Assembly: GCA_020137815.1 (NCBI GenBank)
Contig: CM035356.1
Location: 4,154,001-4,218,000, forward strand
Source of the DNA: Hormiphora californensis
Taxonomy: Eukaryota > Animalia > Ctenophora
DNA: 64,000 nt
Direction: 5' to 3'
Positions within the stretch are counted from its first letter, which is position 1; every line of letters begins with the position of its first letter. Under the pieces are notes generated by a model. It saw only the letters and a list, made by a program, of their open reading frames with translations, searched no databases and was not told the origin of the DNA. The position numbers were made by a program, and so were the translations under genes. Below, piece after piece: positions 62,968 through 64,000 of the stretch.

Positions 62968-63995
62968 CTATTCCTCATCATCATCAAGGTCTAGAGCCTT
63001 GCCAATGGCCCAGTTGCAGAACTCGTCGAATAGAATCTGACCTCCACCATTGGCGTCTGAAGAAAGGGGAGATAAAGATTAGAGGGAGGGATCATGGTTC
63101 ATGGGTTGGAAAATTTTATTTGAGGGACTCAAGCCAGGGGTGAAATATTAACGCTACAAAACTAACCGATCTTGGCGAATTCAGCCTCCATGTCGTCGAC
63201 AGGACCGACCCAGGCCTCGACCTTATCCTTGGCGGCTATAAACTCCTCCAAGTTTACCCTCCTGTCTCCCCCCTCATCGATCCTCTCAAAAGCTACAAAG
63301 TACTCAAAGTATTGTCGGAGGGAGAGGAGGAAATACCTAAACTCCCTCTTCTCAATGTAATCGTCACCGTGCCCGTCTGATCGGTTGGACTTGGTGCAGT
63401 TCTTGGCGATTTGGAAGGCTCTCATGATAGCAGGTTTAGCATCAAACAAGTCATCAATAGCAAGGACGTCTCTCATGGCCTTGTCAACCTCAGCCAGCGA
63501 CAGGATACCGTTACCTAAACGTGATATGTGTTAGGTTATGATTTAATAATCGGTCAAGTAGTTATCATAAAACATGTCTGTCGCTGAATTCTTTAATCCC
63601 ATGTCACTATATCTGGCATGGCAGAGGTATAGGAGTTGCACCATGATGTACCTACCCACCGCCCACTGCCAACTGCCCAGTGCCCACTACCCACTGCCAA
63701 CTGCCCACCGCCCACCGCCCACTGCCCAGTGACCAGTGACCAGTGCCCAGTGCCCAGTGCCCACCGCTCACTGCCAACTGCCAACTGCCCACTACCCACC
63801 GCCCACTGCCCACCGCCCACTGCCAACTGCCCAGTGCCCAGTGCCAACTGCCAACTGCCAACTGCCCAGGTCACTTCTTCTATAACACTCACCATTAGGA
63901 TCAAACTGATTAAACATGGCCATCCTCCTCTCCTTCTCCTCAGGAGTCTTCTCATAGGGGAGCTTGGCATTGATCTCGGCCCAGTCAATAGACAT
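62968..63995 (-). CDS. Calflagin / flagellar calcium-binding protein-like EF-hand protein, 179 aa, 3 exons (63893-63995, 63167-63514, 62968-63056)
   Basis: Spliced: MSIDWAEINAKLPYEKT...FDPNGNGILSLAEVD...AIMRAFQIAK...YIEKREFRYFLLSLRQYFEYFVAFERIDEGGDRRVNLEEF...EFAKIDANGGGQILFDEFCNWAIGKALDLDDDEE*. Confidence 0.85.
63652..63868. repeat. Intronic 7-bp tandem repeat (ACTGCCC/ACTGCCA)
   Basis: About 30 imperfect heptamers in intron 1 of the calflagin-like gene. Confidence 0.9.
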
Positions 63996-64000
63996 GATGG

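Noticed and set aside
63593-63988. 131-aa WAVGSG-repeat ORF
   Set aside because: Read-through into an intronic heptamer repeat of the calflagin-like gene.

Overview
Eukaryotic (animal) genomic DNA with intron-containing genes, many (CT/GA)n microsatellites and a high density of inverted-repeat non-autonomous DNA transposons. Gene types and a match to the ctenophore spliced leader (recalled, not searched) suggest a ctenophore. Genes: a tight minus-strand cluster (SAP-domain protein, WDR4/TRM82, intronless secreted BBE-like FAD oxidoreductase, SMIM30-like microprotein), a class A GPCR, a PDZ exon plus a downstream low-complexity gene, two tandem tetraspanins and a calflagin-like EF-hand protein. 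The centre (23.6-34.1 kb) is a retrotransposon nest with two head-to-head CRE-clade elements. The minus-strand one has a 13-bp TSD, starts with three tandem copies of what looks like the 3' end of the spliced leader joined directly to its ATG (a candidate trans-spliced retrotransposon copy), and is split by a 4.8-kb CR1/L2-type LINE. The LINE landed in frame, giving an RT/RLE-SGNH esterase fusion ORF. Several stretches (about 40.3-42.1, 43.7-44.7, 54.6-55.9, 58.4-60.0, 61.1-61.5 kb) look like low-quality consensus, so single-base frameshifts should be treated with caution.
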